A stretch of DNA of 64,000 nucleotides, taken from the NCBI RefSeq assembly GCF_009914755.1, contig NC_060928.1. One strand, written 5' to 3'. Positions 41,461-56,455 of the stretch are shown piece by piece. The position numbers and the translations under genes were made by a program. This stretch comes from the human T2T-CHM13v2.0 reference genome, Homo sapiens. The notes under the pieces are model-generated. The model made no database searches. It saw only the letters and a list, made by a program, of their open reading frames with translations, and was not told the DNA's origin. The stretch's first letter is position 1; each line of letters opens with the position of its first letter.

Positions 41461-42218
41461 GCCTTCCTAACTGCACTAACGTCTATAACTAAGAAATGTT
41501 TGTATGTGTCGCTCATCACATAATTACTTCTCAGTCCCTCATAATTCTTAGATAATGGAAAGACACAAGACTGAGAAATCTGAATAGAGCCAGTGCCCAG
41601 AAATTGTCACCACTGGATTTAGTGCCTAAAATTTCACACTTTCAGTCAGCCAATGAGAAAACCCAGTTAAATGCAAGAACAAGCTAGAATGGATAGCATA
41701 ATAACCAACTAAGTTGGTGACAAAGTCCTGAGAAACACTCAAGAGAGGTCTCAGTTTACTGGTAAAAAAAGGAGGGCATTGGACACCCAGGAGAAGTAGA
41801 AAATGGCCTCAGCCTCAACAGCAAACCCAACTGTAGCACCACGGCTTGCCCTGGCTAGAAACACTCCCCATCTGATGCATAGAAAATGGCTTGTATAACA
41901 TCTTTTAGCAAGGCAATGGTTAATGTAGTATTAGAGCTCAGAGGGCCCAGCTGCTAATATACAAATCTGTTCAGAAGACATGGCTAGTATCTACACTGTG
42001 TCTTCAAGAAACAAATGGAGTCAAAATCCTGATTCTTCAGCCAAACATGTTTGCTACAGGTCCCAAAAAGGCATATACATAGAGTGATCCCATGCTCACA
42101 TACTTTATTATCAGCTGAGGTTCTGACCCCAAATCTTTCCTCCTCTGTTGAGCTGCATAAACACAACCCCACTAACCTAGTTAAGACTTAGCCTAGAAGC
42201 AGGTGAAGTTTTGTAGGC

Positions 42219-42395
42219 CAGTGGCTCTGCATTAGTCACCTTGAGGACGTGTTAAAAGTTGGACTGCTGGGCCCCACCCACTGAGATTTTGATTCAGTTT
42301 GTCTAGAGTGGGACCTGAGAATTGTTTACATTTCTCATAAATTATCTGATGATGTTGATGCCACCAGTCTGTGGACCACACATTGAAAATGACTG
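42219..42395. mobile_element. MER5A-type MITE
   Basis: CTGCTGGGCCCCACCC..GATTCAGTTTGTCTAGAGTGGGACCTGAGAATT..GGACCACACATTGAAAATGACTG. Confidence 0.8.
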
Positions 42396-43016
42396 TTATA
42401 GACCTACACTCAAGACTTGTCCCCAGGATCCTACAGCTACAGAAGCAGGAGGAGGCAAGGCAAGTTCCAAGAAAATGCACTTCTACACAAGGGCAAGAAC
42501 AGCTGGCCAACCCTTCCTTTCCCCAGAGCCCTACCTGAATCCTCCTAGGACTTCCAAAGGCCCAGGGCCACCTTTCAACTGACAGGCTACCTCAGGCCCA
42601 TCTCTCATTGCACCAGATACACAGGGAAAAAAAGAAAAACAAAATTGAAAAGACAGTCTGAAGAGCAAAATAAGTCCCACTTCCCTCCAAAGGGTAGAAA
42701 AAAATGTTAACCCCCTTGCTCCTCCCCCAGAAACTCCACTTCCTATCATGATGACCAAGTTATTGATCATTGCTTTTGTGGAAGAATAAGGTTAAGCTTA
42801 GATGTGCAATTAACAAGGTTTATAGTCACGCGCTTTGCCAGATGAACAACTCTTTGCAAAAATATTTACCATAAAATAAAGAAATTGGCACTTCCAATAA
42901 AAATATCACTACAGACATTTTATTCGGCCATCCTAGAGAAACATCCACAGAAGTGATCAACACATAATAACCTCCCAATTATCTTTCTCTTTAAGACTTA
43001 TGGTTTCTTAAAGTGC

Positions 43017-43305
43017 TTTTTTTTTTTTTTTTTGAGACAGAGTCTCACTCTGTTGCCCATGCTGGAATGCAGTGGCACAATCTCATCTCACTGCAACTTT
43101 TGCCTTCCTGGTTCTCCTATCTCAGCCTCCTGAGTAGGTGGGATTACAGGCGCGCACCACCACGCCTGGCTAATTTTTCTATTTTTAGTAGAGATGGGGT
43201 TGTGCCATGTTGGTCAGGGTGGTCTCAAACTCCTGACCTCAAGTGACCTGCCCGCCTCGGCCTCCCAAAGTGCTGTGATTACAGGCGTGAGCCACCACGC
43301 CCGGC
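43017..43305 (-). mobile_element. AluS (Sx/Sz)
   Basis: Antisense dimeric Alu; TSD CTTAAAGTGC/CTTAAAATGC. Confidence 0.95.
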
Positions 43306-43899
43306 CACTTAAAATGCTTTTAACCATGCAAATTAGAGAGGCTAGAGTTAATTTTATAATGCATTAGACAGTTGCTGGGATTACTATTGATTTTTTTCAT
43401 TTCAAATGGCATTCAGTTAAGGAATATGTACAAATCATCACTGCTTCCATCTTGAATGGTCATTTATAAAATTTTAGGGGCTAGAACACATAAAATATTT
43501 TTAGCTTGGAAGATGTGTTGCAGGGTGGAATGTTTGTGGGAAATGTCCTCTACATGAAGGATTTCTGCTCCAAAATGTCTTGATTAATTAACATAAACAG
43601 CTTTGAGGAAAAAGAGAACAGCATCTCACGTCTGGCAGGATCCTGGCAGGGTTCTTTGGAAATTCCAAGGCAAGCCAAACACAGGGAAACCAGGCCTGTT
43701 CCATCCACGGCTGGTCCAGTTCCAGGGAAACGCCTTGGGCTTGGGAGAGCTCTGGAAAGGCTCTGCTCTAGTTGGCAGTAAACCAAAGTCCATTTCTTCT
43801 TTTGCTCCCAGGTCCCCTGAGATAATGAATTGGCTTCAGAGCCCTGGAGAAATGGGCTACAGCTGAGGAGACCTGGAGGACCCTGTCAAGAATGGCCTC

Positions 43900-44030
43900 A
43901 GTCAGGTGCGGTGGCTCACACCTATAATCCCAGCACTTCAGAAGGATTGTTTGAGGCTGGGAGTTTGAGACCATCCTAGGCAACATAGTAACACCCTGTC
44001 TCTACAAAAAAAAAAAAAAGAAAAAAAAAA
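43900..44030 (+). mobile_element. FLAM/Alu monomer with small deletion
   Basis: Monomer plus A tail; TSD AAGAATGGCC/AAGAATGACC. Confidence 0.85.
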
Positions 44031-45067
44031 TTTAAAGAATGACCCCGATGCCCTGCTCTGCACTGTGAGCTTGTCCTTCCAGAATTTCAAAATGGAATGA
44101 ATGGAATTAAGCATTATGAGAAAGAAATATAATATTTACTGAAAGTATCCTGCTGAGCTTTTAAAACATATGTTATTTAGTTCTTGCATTAACACTGCAA
44201 GACAGAGATTATTGCCTTTTCTATAATACCAGGGGAAAAAAGGGTGAGCAAGAAGGCTAAGTCATCTGCCTCACATCACATAACACATTAGTGACAGAAT
44301 CAGGATAGGGACAAGAGCCTATTTTATAGCAAAGAAACCATCTTCTCCACCGGATTCCTCCAATTAACTATAGAAAAGGGGAAAGTTCAAAACAGCTCAA
44401 CACTATTATATTATTTTAAGCCATTCAGACACGAAGTGGGAAATAAGTACTTTGCAGGTTTTTCTCAATATCAAGGAGTGATTCCCACCACCGGGTTCTT
44501 GGGCAACATTGCAACATTGTGAAAAAGGTGATGTTGGTTTACAACCTTTCTATATCCCAGCCTCCCTCTCCTGTACCTCTACTACTCCTCTACCACCCAG
44601 GGCCTACATTAGCCCCTCATCAGAGCTCCCCTCTCACTCCTGGAGTTTTCCAGAATCCTGATGTGGTCTCCCATCCAATGTCATAAAGACCATGTAATTG
44701 TGCCAGTGTACAGAGGAGAGATCCTTTGTACAAGAAGAAACCCACCTCCTACTAGTCTTAAACACCTCTTGCTTAAAAATTAACCCTTCCACGCTCACCA
44801 CCAACCTCTTTTCAGTACTTCCAATGCTTCCATATACCTGGGCTCAATTTGTGAAATGAGTGTAAAATGCTATCTGAGTAAAATAATTTGCACCACTTGA
44901 ATGACAAATGGATTCAACTATTCAGAGATATCTGTATTTTAAAGGAAGAGTTCTTAATGAATTTTGAACACTGAAAATTGTCATGAACTGGAAGGTTTTT
45001 CTAGATGTATTTCTTTCTGATTTTATCATGTTTCACTCTTATCTCTCAATCAGTCAGGGAGCAGTCA

Positions 45068-45412
<345 letters not shown>

Positions 45413-45660
45413 GTGAAAGTTTGCCGAAGTGTGATCTAACATTACCAGGTTTTGATTTGATTAACCTTTTTGCTGCTGCAGTTTCTTCTAAATAAAAAGA
45501 TTTAATATTTCCATGAATAATCTTCTACCTAGGACTAAAATAGCACCAAGAAAACCTATCAGAGTTCAAAGACCTATGTGATTTGCCCAAATTTTAGAAG
45601 AATTGAAATGTGTAGTTTCCCCGAAAATATGTCATTAAGTATTACATATCAGAAAACTTA

Positions 45661-45983
45661 GGCCAAGTGTGGTGGCTCACACCTGTAATCTCGGCACTTT
45701 GCAAGGCCAAGGCAGGAGGGTGTCTTGAGCACAGGAATTCAAGACGAGCCTGGGCAAGATAGCAACACCCCATCTCTACAAAAAAAAAGTTTTTTTTTTT
45801 AATTAGCTGAGTGTGGTGCTATGTGCCTGTAGTCCTAGCTACTTAGGCTGAAGTGGAAGGATCACTTGAGCCCAGGAGTTCGAGGCTGCAATGATCTGTG
45901 ATCACACCACTGCACTCCAGCAGCAATGACTCTGCTGGAGCAAGCACCTGTCTAAAAAAAAAAAAGAAAGAAAGAAAAGAAAC
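45661..45983 (+). mobile_element. AluJ
   Basis: Right arm GGATCACTTGAGCCCAGGAGTTCGAGGCTGCA (J type). Confidence 0.92.
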
Positions 45984-46559
45984 TAATTTTTTTAATGTAT
46001 AGTAGTCAAAATATTCTTTGTTCAGACATGCCACTTGCCTAGGATTGTTGAATAGCTGGTAAGTCCTGTCTTGTTTAGCATCAGAATACGTATAGCATAG
46101 CAATTTTAAGAAACTAAAATATTAAACTACATATTTGCTTTCAAAGCAAAAGTTACATAAAATATCTTTGGACTATTATTAAGAAAAAAATTGCCTGCAT
46201 ATTTAAAAATTCAATGCTATGTTTTCTAAAGAAGGATGGATGGAGACCCCCTTACTGGTGCAGAAGGTCAAGCTTGCCTTAATGGTCTTAGGCAAACACT
46301 CCTTGCTTAAAAATTCACCTTTTCTACAATGTTTGAAAATAGAAGGAGGAGGAAATATGAATAGTGGAAAGAAGAAAAAAGTAGGTCAGGGCTTCGAAAC
46401 CCTGCCATCTGTTCTTTATCACCTAATATAGATCTCTGTTTTTCCCAGTCACCACTCTTAGGACATCTACTATAGGGGACAGTTTATGTCAGTGATGGCA
46501 TAATTACAGACTATTCCTCCCAGGCCCACATCTATATATGCCATCACTTCAGGCCCACA

Positions 46560-46995
46560 GGCCACCCCACTATTTCTCCATCTTAACCCTGGCCCTTCTG
46601 TCTGTGGGCCTTTGCTCAAGCCATTTTTCTCTTCCAAACACATACTCTCCCAGTCCTCAATCTCCCTCCTAATTAAACTAATAGTAGATTAAACTTTAAT
46701 TAAGTTTTATTCATTTCTCAAGGCCCATTTGAAATGCTCCTTTTTTCAAGGTCCCTTTCTTGTTTCTTCCCAAGGGTGGCACATTTCTCCCTGTCGGAAC
46801 CTCTCAGGTATTACCTTTGTGTTACTGAATGGGCCTTGTGTGATAGTTATTTGTGTTCTATAACAGATTCCCCCTACTAGAACTTCTACCAGAAAAGGAA
46901 GCAGGGCTTGTTTATGCTTGTACTTTTAGAAAGGGTTGCTACAGTGTCTAGAGCAGAGGAGGTGTTCAGTAAATGTGTTTTCCAATGGAAATAAG
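46560..46995 (+). mobile_element. L2 3' fragment
   Basis: GGGCCTTTGCTCAAGC, TCAAGGCCCATTTGAAATG, AGGTGTTCAGTAAATGTGTTT. Confidence 0.6.
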
Positions 46996-47511
46996 ATGAA
47001 AATTTCAGACAGACAATGAAAATAAATAATTCTAGACTATTTCCTTCTTCAGTTTTTTTAACTTCCCATCTGCCTGGACTCCTCCCCTGCCTTTCTTTGA
47101 ATATGAGGTTAAGTTTCATGTTCTCACACTTTGCTGTCAGTTAGCTGTGATCCTACCAGGAGATGACAATACTCATCTAGAGGGATAAGAGTGGGCACAG
47201 GCTATGGCCCATCATGATGAAAAAGAAGTAATAGGAGATCAGAAGCCCGGCCAAGCAGGCTTGTTTGTTCATCTCCCATGCTGACTTGCTTAGTGGCTTT
47301 GTAGGTCACTTTCTATATTAAGGCTTTATATCTAGTGCAAAAAAAAATTAAAGTTTATGACGTTTTTAACATCTGGAGAGACCATCAACAATAGGGTCTA
47401 GTGTCCTGTGGCTTCGTAGTCTCCTCTGGGCAATGGTATAGAACAGCATATTTTTTAAGCCTCAATCAAAAAGCAGGTTTAGGTAGCAATCTGGAAGGTT
47501 CTCCATGCTAA

Positions 47512-47865
<354 letters not shown>

Positions 47866-48176
47866 TAAATTTTGCCTGAATTACTCTAGAAGCATTTTCA
47901 TTTTACTAAGTCACTTAATAATTTGTTCTACAGCAAGGGTATTTTTCCCACCAGCCAACCTCACCCAAGAAAAAAGCTGCTTAGGCTTTTTTCTTTCTGT
48001 GCCACTACTGCCCATCAGAGGACATGATCCCAGTCTTCTGGGCAGAGAGAGACAGTGCTCCCAGATGGCCTGAACTGCTGATGAGAACCGTCCATTGAGC
48101 AGTTTGCACAAAGGCATGGCAGTTTTCAGGAGACTTTGGTGCCTCTCCAGGTGTGCTGTGAGGTTAAAGAAAGGCA

Positions 48177-48411
<235 letters not shown>

Positions 48412-49168
48412 CTAAGACATCCCCCTCCTCTTCCTTTCCTACTGTCCTGTGTGCCCTGCCCACCTTGGCTCTGCCAGGTAACTCTCTTGTACTATCCCTT
48501 TGTTAGATTGTAAATTCCAGGGCAATCTCAGTAGTATATTCTTATTATCTAAGGTTGACTTAGGAAGTATAAAACTGAATAGAACCTGTTTCTTCTTCAG
48601 CTTCTTCACTGACTAGTCTAGATTGAGTCATTGCCTGTGACCTCTTGCTTATCCTAGGGAACAGGCCAGTTAGAGATGCTCAAGGAGCATAGTTGGGAGA
48701 CCTAGATGATACTTCAGCCTGAGAGAAGGAATATGTCTCCAACAAGGAGTCCCCAGGGACACCTCCCGGATGAATCAGACCTGAAAAAAGAGAAAGTGAT
48801 TCCTTTCAGCTAGTTTGCACGTGCCACTCCTGTATCCCCACCTCCATGTCACCCTGAATCAGCTTCTGAACTTCTAAACTTCAATATCCTTTTCCACATG
48901 TTCCACCCTTTGTTACCTGTCAATGAAAGCCAGAATAGCAAGCTGCTGCCACTTTCTTACAGGTTGGTGAAAAAACACCCGAACTTCTCATATCTGCCTA
49001 CTTTCACCTTTGAAAAGAGTAGGGCTACTCAGGTGTAAGAAGGATGAAAGAGAAACTAGAGGGACCCACGAAAATTCCCACTTGCTACACAGTTTTTCCT
49101 GAGGCCATGCTATGTACCCCTCACCAGTTTATCTTCAACCCTTCTCTAATGATAAAAGCTGTGCACCC

Positions 49169-49818
49169 TTGTTAGTGGGAGTGTAAATTGGTTCAACCAT
49201 TGTGGAAGACAGTGTGGCGATCCCTCAAGGATCTAGAACTAGAATTACCATTTGACCCAGCAATCCCATTACTAGGTATATATACCCAAAGGAGTATAAA
49301 TCATGCTACTATAAAGACACATGCACACGTACATTGACTGCGGCACTATTCACAATAGCAAAGACTTGGAACCAACCCAAATGTCCATCAATGATAGACT
49401 GGATTAAGAAAATGTGGCACATATACACCATGGAATACTATGCAGCCATAAAAAAGGATGATTTCAGGTCCTTTGCAGGGACATGGATGAAGCTGGAAAC
49501 CATCATTCTCAGCAAACTATCACAAGGACAGAAAACCAAACACCGCATGTTCTCACTCATAGGTGGGAATTGAACAATGAGAACACTTGGACACAGGGTG
49601 GGGAACATCACACACTGGGGCCTGTCAGGGGGTGGGGGGGCTGGGGGAGGGATAGCATTAGGAGAAATACCTAATGTAAATGATGAGTTGATGGGTGCAG
49701 CAAACCAACATGGCACATGTATACCTATGTATCGAACCTGCATGTTGTGCACATGTACCCTAGAACTTAAAGTATAATAAAAATAAAATAAAATATAACA
49801 GTTCATAACAAAGAAAAA
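49169..49818 (+). mobile_element. 5'-truncated L1PA (PA5-7-like): ORF2 C-terminus remnant and 3' UTR
   Basis: Translates to AALFTIAKTWNQPKCPSMIDWIKKMWHIYTMEYYAAIKK (L1 ORF2p C-terminus); G-rich 3' UTR; perfect 15-bp TSD AAAAGCTGTGCACCC. Confidence 0.97.
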
Positions 49819-50019
49819 AAAAGCTGTGCACCCAGGTGCGTCTCCGCACTTCAGTGGGGACACTGGTTCATATGCATGCAGGTCAGTTTCCTGAAGCTCC
49901 TCAGACACATCTCCTGGGAGATTTTCCTTGGCACAGAAGAAAGAATAATAGATCTCTTCTTTGCCCATTTCTCTAATCTGACTTTGTTTTACAAAACTGC
50001 AGATCCAGGGTGAAGAGTG

Positions 50020-50250
50020 TTAGTATAGTAGATAAGTTCAGGGTTCTAAAGTCAGAAAAGTCTGGGTTCAAATTGTGACTTTGTAACATACAGTTTTATG
50101 TCTGCAAGCATATCACTTTGGGTTTCTTGGCCTTCATTTCCTCAAGTAAATAAAGGAGATAAGGAGACAACAGGTAACTTGCCAGGTACTGGGAAGATAA
50201 TACATGTTTCTACATGTCCTTAGCACAGTAAGTATTCAACAATGGCAGAT
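50020..50250 (+). mobile_element. MIR
   Basis: GGTTCTAAAGTCAGAAAAGTCTGGGTTCAAAT..CTTAGCACAGTAAGTATTCAA. Confidence 0.65.
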
Positions 50251-50489
50251 ATTACCCATATTGGGTGAAGGCTCAGGTCCACATAGTCATATGTGTTAAT
50301 GGTGCTCCCTGGAATTGCTCAGTGCAATGACTGCAGGAACGTTTTACCCCACAGTTCTGGGAAGAAGTAAAGATGAGGACCTTTAAAAATTCACATGAAG
50401 TAGAAGTTAGACACAGAGCGGGCAATTCCCAGCAGTGACACCAAGCATACACTTGGTTCAGGGCAATTCTGGAGATAAAGAGGAGAAAA

Positions 50490-50800
50490 TTTGTTTTTCT
50501 TTTTTGGAGACAGGTTCTTGCTCTGTTGCCCAGGCTGGAGAGAAGTGGTGGGATCACAGCTCACCATAGCCTCGACCTCCCTGCTTAAACAATCCTCCCA
50601 GCTCAGTCTCCCTAGTAGCTGGGATCACAGGCACGCATGACCATGCCCAGCTAATTTTTTTTTCTATTTTTTTGTACGGGGCGGTGCGGGGGGTCTCACT
50701 TTGTTGTTCAGGCTTGTTTTGAACTCCTGGGTTCAAGTGATCACCTTGCCTCGGCCTCCCAAAGTGCTGGGATTACAGATATGAGCCACCACACCCAGCC
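50490..50800 (-). mobile_element. AluJ
   Basis: Antisense; GATCACAGCTCACCATAGCCTCGACCTCC (J type). Confidence 0.92.
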
Positions 50801-51052
50801 AAAAACTTTAAAAAATATTTTTTTCCTGCATCAAGGGAATGATACATTGCAGAACTTATTTTAAGTACAGACTTGCATTTGTAACCAAACAAACACCTCA
50901 AATTTTTTTAAGAACACTATAAAAATAGAGAATAACTTTATTATTGTAAGTTCATGTGAAACACTAACTAGAATGTCTGAGTATGTAATGGGGTATTAGG
51001 CACAAACAGGAGAAATGCTGTGCCAATTGGACATAATTAGACACAGAGATTA

Positions 51053-51395
<343 letters not shown>

Positions 51396-51413
51396 AGCTT
51401 CTGGTATAAAGAG

Positions 51414-51591
51414 CAGGGATTCTTAACTTGAGAATTATGGACAAGCCTTGAAGGACCCGCCAACCTCCAGAAATTGTGTACACAATTGTGTGTGTACTTG
51501 TGGGCAATTTCAGAATGTCCAGAGCTTTCTTCAGAATCTCAAAAGGATTAAAAAAAAATAGAAGAAGGAAAAAGAAAAGATGAAGAATCAC
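51414..51591. mobile_element. Charlie4z-like hAT MITE
   Basis: CAGGGATTCTTAAC..GAAATTGTGTACACAATTGTGTGTGTA..GTCCAGAGCTTTCTTCAGAATCTCAAAAGG. Confidence 0.6.
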
Positions 51592-52683
51592 AGATCAAGA
51601 CTAAAGAATCATTGAATTATAGTAATTTTTCTATGGAATGCTACAAAAGTAGAGTACTCACAGTCATCTAATTCTGGGGTTCTCACACTGTTCTAGGTAA
51701 AGGACAAACTTAATTCTTGGCCCTGCTGAACTTAAGATAAGCTCAGTGTTTCATTCCTCTGTAAACATGTGATTTTTCAATACATTTGGATTTCTCAGAA
51801 ATTGTTCACAAAACTTGTGCCAAAATCTATGATTCCCTTGGTATTACATTTGGGCTGCTCCAAGCCACAGGGTAATTTACAACCAGCCCGCTGTGTTGAG
51901 CCCACCCCCCTGTATGACCAACAGGAAGAGAAGTTTGGCAGCAACACTGCCCTAATGAATGAAAAATGCAAACCTTGCAAATCCCTCTGCATTTAAATCC
52001 CCCAGAGTCCTGATGCAGACACATTTCCAAAAAGCCTGCATTTCCAAGATGTAATTTACTGTCCTTAGAGGTTCATGTGGGCCACCCAAAGTAGATGGGC
52101 CTTATTAAAGCAGCTTTTATCGGCCAAGCAGATACAGTGTTTTTTATTATCAAATGGGGGAAATTTGATGAAATGAGCAGCTTTGGTGAGAAATGATAAA
52201 TTGCACAATGTCATGGCATATTCTGGTGAGCATTTGCACATAGGGTCGCAGCAGAGGCGCACTGATCTCCGTGTCTCCACATGGCTTCACCATATTCCAA
52301 TCCAGTATCTTGAAGAAGGAAGGAGACTTTAGGTTAGTTGTACCTTTGTATGGGATATTCTTCATAAAAACAAATGTGTACTGAGAGAGAAGCTACCACT
52401 AAATTCTCATGGGAAGAAGCCAGTAATTTCTTTTCTTTTTTCTTTTTTTTTTTTTTTTTTGTAGACTAGACCTCAGTGAGGCAGAGACTCCAGGGAGGTG
52501 CTGGATAGAGGAAATCTTCTCCTTTGGAAAATATGCTTTTCCTGGAGCATGGGGTACTAGTCCCCTAAAAATAAGATTTTATTACACAACACAGGATACA
52601 AATTGTAGTACAGGTCCAGGATCCATTATTTACAGCCCTTGGGGCAAGATGTGTTTCAGAATTTGAAATCTTTCATTTCTTAA

Positions 52684-52850
52684 GGCCAGGAACAGTGGCT
52701 CATGCCTGTAGTCCCAGCTATTCAAGAGGCTGAGGCAGGAGGATTGCTTGAGCCCAAGAGTCTGAGGTTACAGTGAGCTATGATTGTACCACTGCACTCC
52801 AGCCTGGGCAACAGAGCAAAACCCCATCTCTAAAAATGTTAAAATAAAAT
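52684..52850 (+). mobile_element. FRAM/Alu right monomer
   Basis: Monomer GATTGCTTGAGCCCAAGAG..GAGCTATGATTGTACCACTGCAC; TSD AATCTTTC. Confidence 0.88.
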
Positions 52851-52877
52851 AGAATCTTTCCAATTCTTAAAAGTTAG

Positions 52878-53161
52878 GGCTGGGGCAGCGGCTCATGCCT
52901 GTAATCCCAGCACTTTGGGAGGGCAAGGCAGGAGGATCACTTGAGTCCCAGAGTTAGAGACTACCCTAGGCAACATGGCAAAACCCTGACTCTATAAAAA
53001 AAATACAAAAAATTAGCGAGGTGTGGTGGTGCACGCATATAATCCCAGCTACTTGGGAGACTGAGGTGGGAGGATCACCTGAGCCCAGGAGGAGGTTGAG
53101 GTGCAGTGAGCCGAGATCGCACCACTGGATTCCAGCCTGAGCACAGAGTGAAACCCTGTCT

Positions 53162-53208
<47 letters not shown>
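52878..53208 (+). mobile_element. AluJ with A46 tail
   Basis: J-type right arm GGTGGGAGGATCACCTGAGCCCAGG; pure A run 53163-53208. Confidence 0.93.
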
Positions 53209-53210
<2 letters not shown>

Positions 53211-53364
53211 AAGACTTGCTGAAGGCTCAGGTTATCATTAGCATTTAAAATGTTAATATAGGGTATATATACTCTATAACTAAGAGAGGATGGGGAAACA
53301 CCCTATTACTAAACAAATTCTTTTCATTATTTTCTTCTGCCAATGTTAAAGTGTTGATCATGTC

Positions 53365-53722
53365 CCCGCTCATGGTCCCAAGATGGCGATGGGTACAGCA
53401 GATACAAGAATATTGTTTTCATTCAGTGATAATCAACAGCCAGGAGAAAGGTGCTGGGGTTTCATGTTGTGTTTCTCTTCCCTATTGTGGAGAAAAATTC
53501 ATTCCTAGAAGCCCCAGGGAGACTTCCCTCAGATACTATTGCCTAGAACTGGGTCCCAGACATATCCAATACAAATTCCAGACAAAAATGCATTCCCTAA
53601 ACTTGGGAGAGATATGTCTTCCCTGCACACACTGTTGTTATAGCTGAACAAAATCCAGAGTTCTTATGCAAGGAATGAGGACAAAACAGTACTGGATAAA
53701 GCAACAAATGGAGACTAACACC
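53365..53722 (-). mobile_element. MLT1 (J/K/L-like) LTR fragment
   Basis: CTCATGGTCCCAAGATGGC, TTCCTAGAAGCCCC..GACTTCCCTCA..GCCTAGAACTGGGTC, GAACAAAATCCAGAGTTCT. Confidence 0.6.
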
Positions 53723-53974
53723 AGAGTGTATCAAAAAACCAAGGCGAGGTTCTAATTCTTAGGAAGGAAATAGCATAAATTACCGAAATAGAATCTGATT
53801 AAAGTATTAGCCATCTGGGACCAAAATCTGTGTGCTGCCTCTTCTAAGAAGCCCTCATGGGCACCAAAGCAGACTTGTTACTCAGGTACACAGACTCATT
53901 TTTATTGGTTTATCCAGTGGTGATTTGTATCTTATCTTGGGATTTTACATGGAAGTCATGATACTTTACTCTCA

Positions 53975-54704
<730 letters not shown>

Positions 54705-54710
54705 CTAGAC

Positions 54711-54930
54711 CAGGGGTCAGCAAATTATAGACTTTGGGCCAAATCCAGCCTATTGCCTATTTTTATAAATAAAGATTTATTGGAACACAGTGATGCTTTT
54801 TGGTTTATGCATTGTCTATGGTTGCTTGTGTGCTAACAGCAGAATTGATTAATTGCAACAGAGACCATATGGCTTGCAAAACCTAAATGTTTGCAGTTGA
54901 GCCCAACCTGGAAAAACTTGCTGATCCCTA
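54711..54930 (+). mobile_element. MER58A (hAT-Charlie)
   Basis: CAGGGGTCAGCAAA..GGGCCAAATCCAGCC..TTATTGGAACACAG..CAGAGACCATATGGC..TTGCTGATCCCTA. Confidence 0.88.
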
Positions 54931-55186
54931 TACTGGTCCCAACCACCAAAGCAAGTGATAAAAAAAACAAATGTACCCTAAAATCTATGCACAAGGTCAT
55001 AGGCATCTGCAAAGTTATAGGGCCATGGCCACTAGGAAAAAGGAAATCACAAGGGCAGGGCTGTAATTCAGAGTTCACAGCAGGATTAGAGGATTAAACA
55101 GGTGACTTGGATGAGATATCACAATGAAAGCCAAGGTAGATGCATGGTTCTTCCAAATAAGCATCTAAACAAGGCGATGGGCAAGG

Positions 55187-55238
55187 GTGAGTGAGTGTGT
55201 GAGTGTGAGTGTGTCTGAGTGTGTGTGTGTGTATGTGT
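55187..55238. repeat. (GT)/(GAGT)n simple repeat
   Basis: GTGAGTGAGTGTGTGAGTGTG.. Confidence 0.85.
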
Positions 55239-55587
55239 CTTCATCTGTGTGTAATTCAAACACTGAAGGCAGGAACCCCATAATTAGGGTGAGAGCACCA
55301 AAGATGAGCACACTACAAATCAAGGAAACTTAGTGTTCAACACAGATTTGTAGCACAGAGCCATACTTTGTATATTGCATTGGAGTAAACCTGCAAGAGA
55401 GTTAAATAACAATGTTTCACTGGTTTGAGAGGAGCCTAAAGTGGCTGAAATGATCCTGCCTCAAGTCAATTATTTTGGCAAGTGAGGGGAACTAAGCCAT
55501 GTGCGGTGAGATCAGCAGCACATCTGAAAATCACTGGGATCAGTAGAGGAAGAAAATGAACACTAGGGTGCTGCATGAACCTAACTA

Positions 55588-55961
<374 letters not shown>

Positions 55962-56455
55962 TCGTATTCTGACTGTCGTTTTTCAAGATTTTCTTCTATT
56001 TGTGTAAGTAAAAAATATCATCTACATCTCCCCTCCTCACTCTTTAGTGTTGTTGTAACATGATGCAAGATTATATTTTAGGTTAGTGTTTCCTGGTGGC
56101 AGCTGGAAAGGCACCTTAATATCCGTATTAAAAATACTTGGAAATTGCATTGTGAGAAGGCCTTCCTGTGGACAGTGAATCCACCTCACAGTGGAGGATT
56201 CTCACAGCTCCATCAAAGAGGGTGTTCCCTTCCGGGGGCAGTGTCCTTGCCTCTTCCTGTTCTTCTGCAGTCCAGATTTCATATGAAAGTCTCCCTGACC
56301 CTTGGAGATTTAGGTAAACTTGGCCTGAACTTCTAGAGTAGCAGCTTGTGTGAGTCCAATGCCCCAAACACGCTTCCAAGAATTCCTGACCTTTTAACTT
56401 CATGGTTTCCTCTACCTTTGCTCCTACATACGCTTCTGTAAACTGGGTTTCATCC

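Larger units (their letters stand above)
52611..53340. mobile_element. MER46C-like Tigger relic split by two Alus
   Basis: CCCTTGGGGCAAGATGTGTTTCAGAATT before the Alus and GGGGAAACACCCTATTACTAAACA after. Confidence 0.45.

Noticed and set aside
49334-49968. 79-aa L1 ORF2-like ORF and the window's longest ORF (176 aa, minus strand)
   Set aside because: C-terminal remnant and antisense reading of a 5'-truncated L1 with no promoter
52245-52265. CAGCAGAGGCGCAC CTCF-like motif
   Set aside because: Core spacing is off by one base; too weak without data
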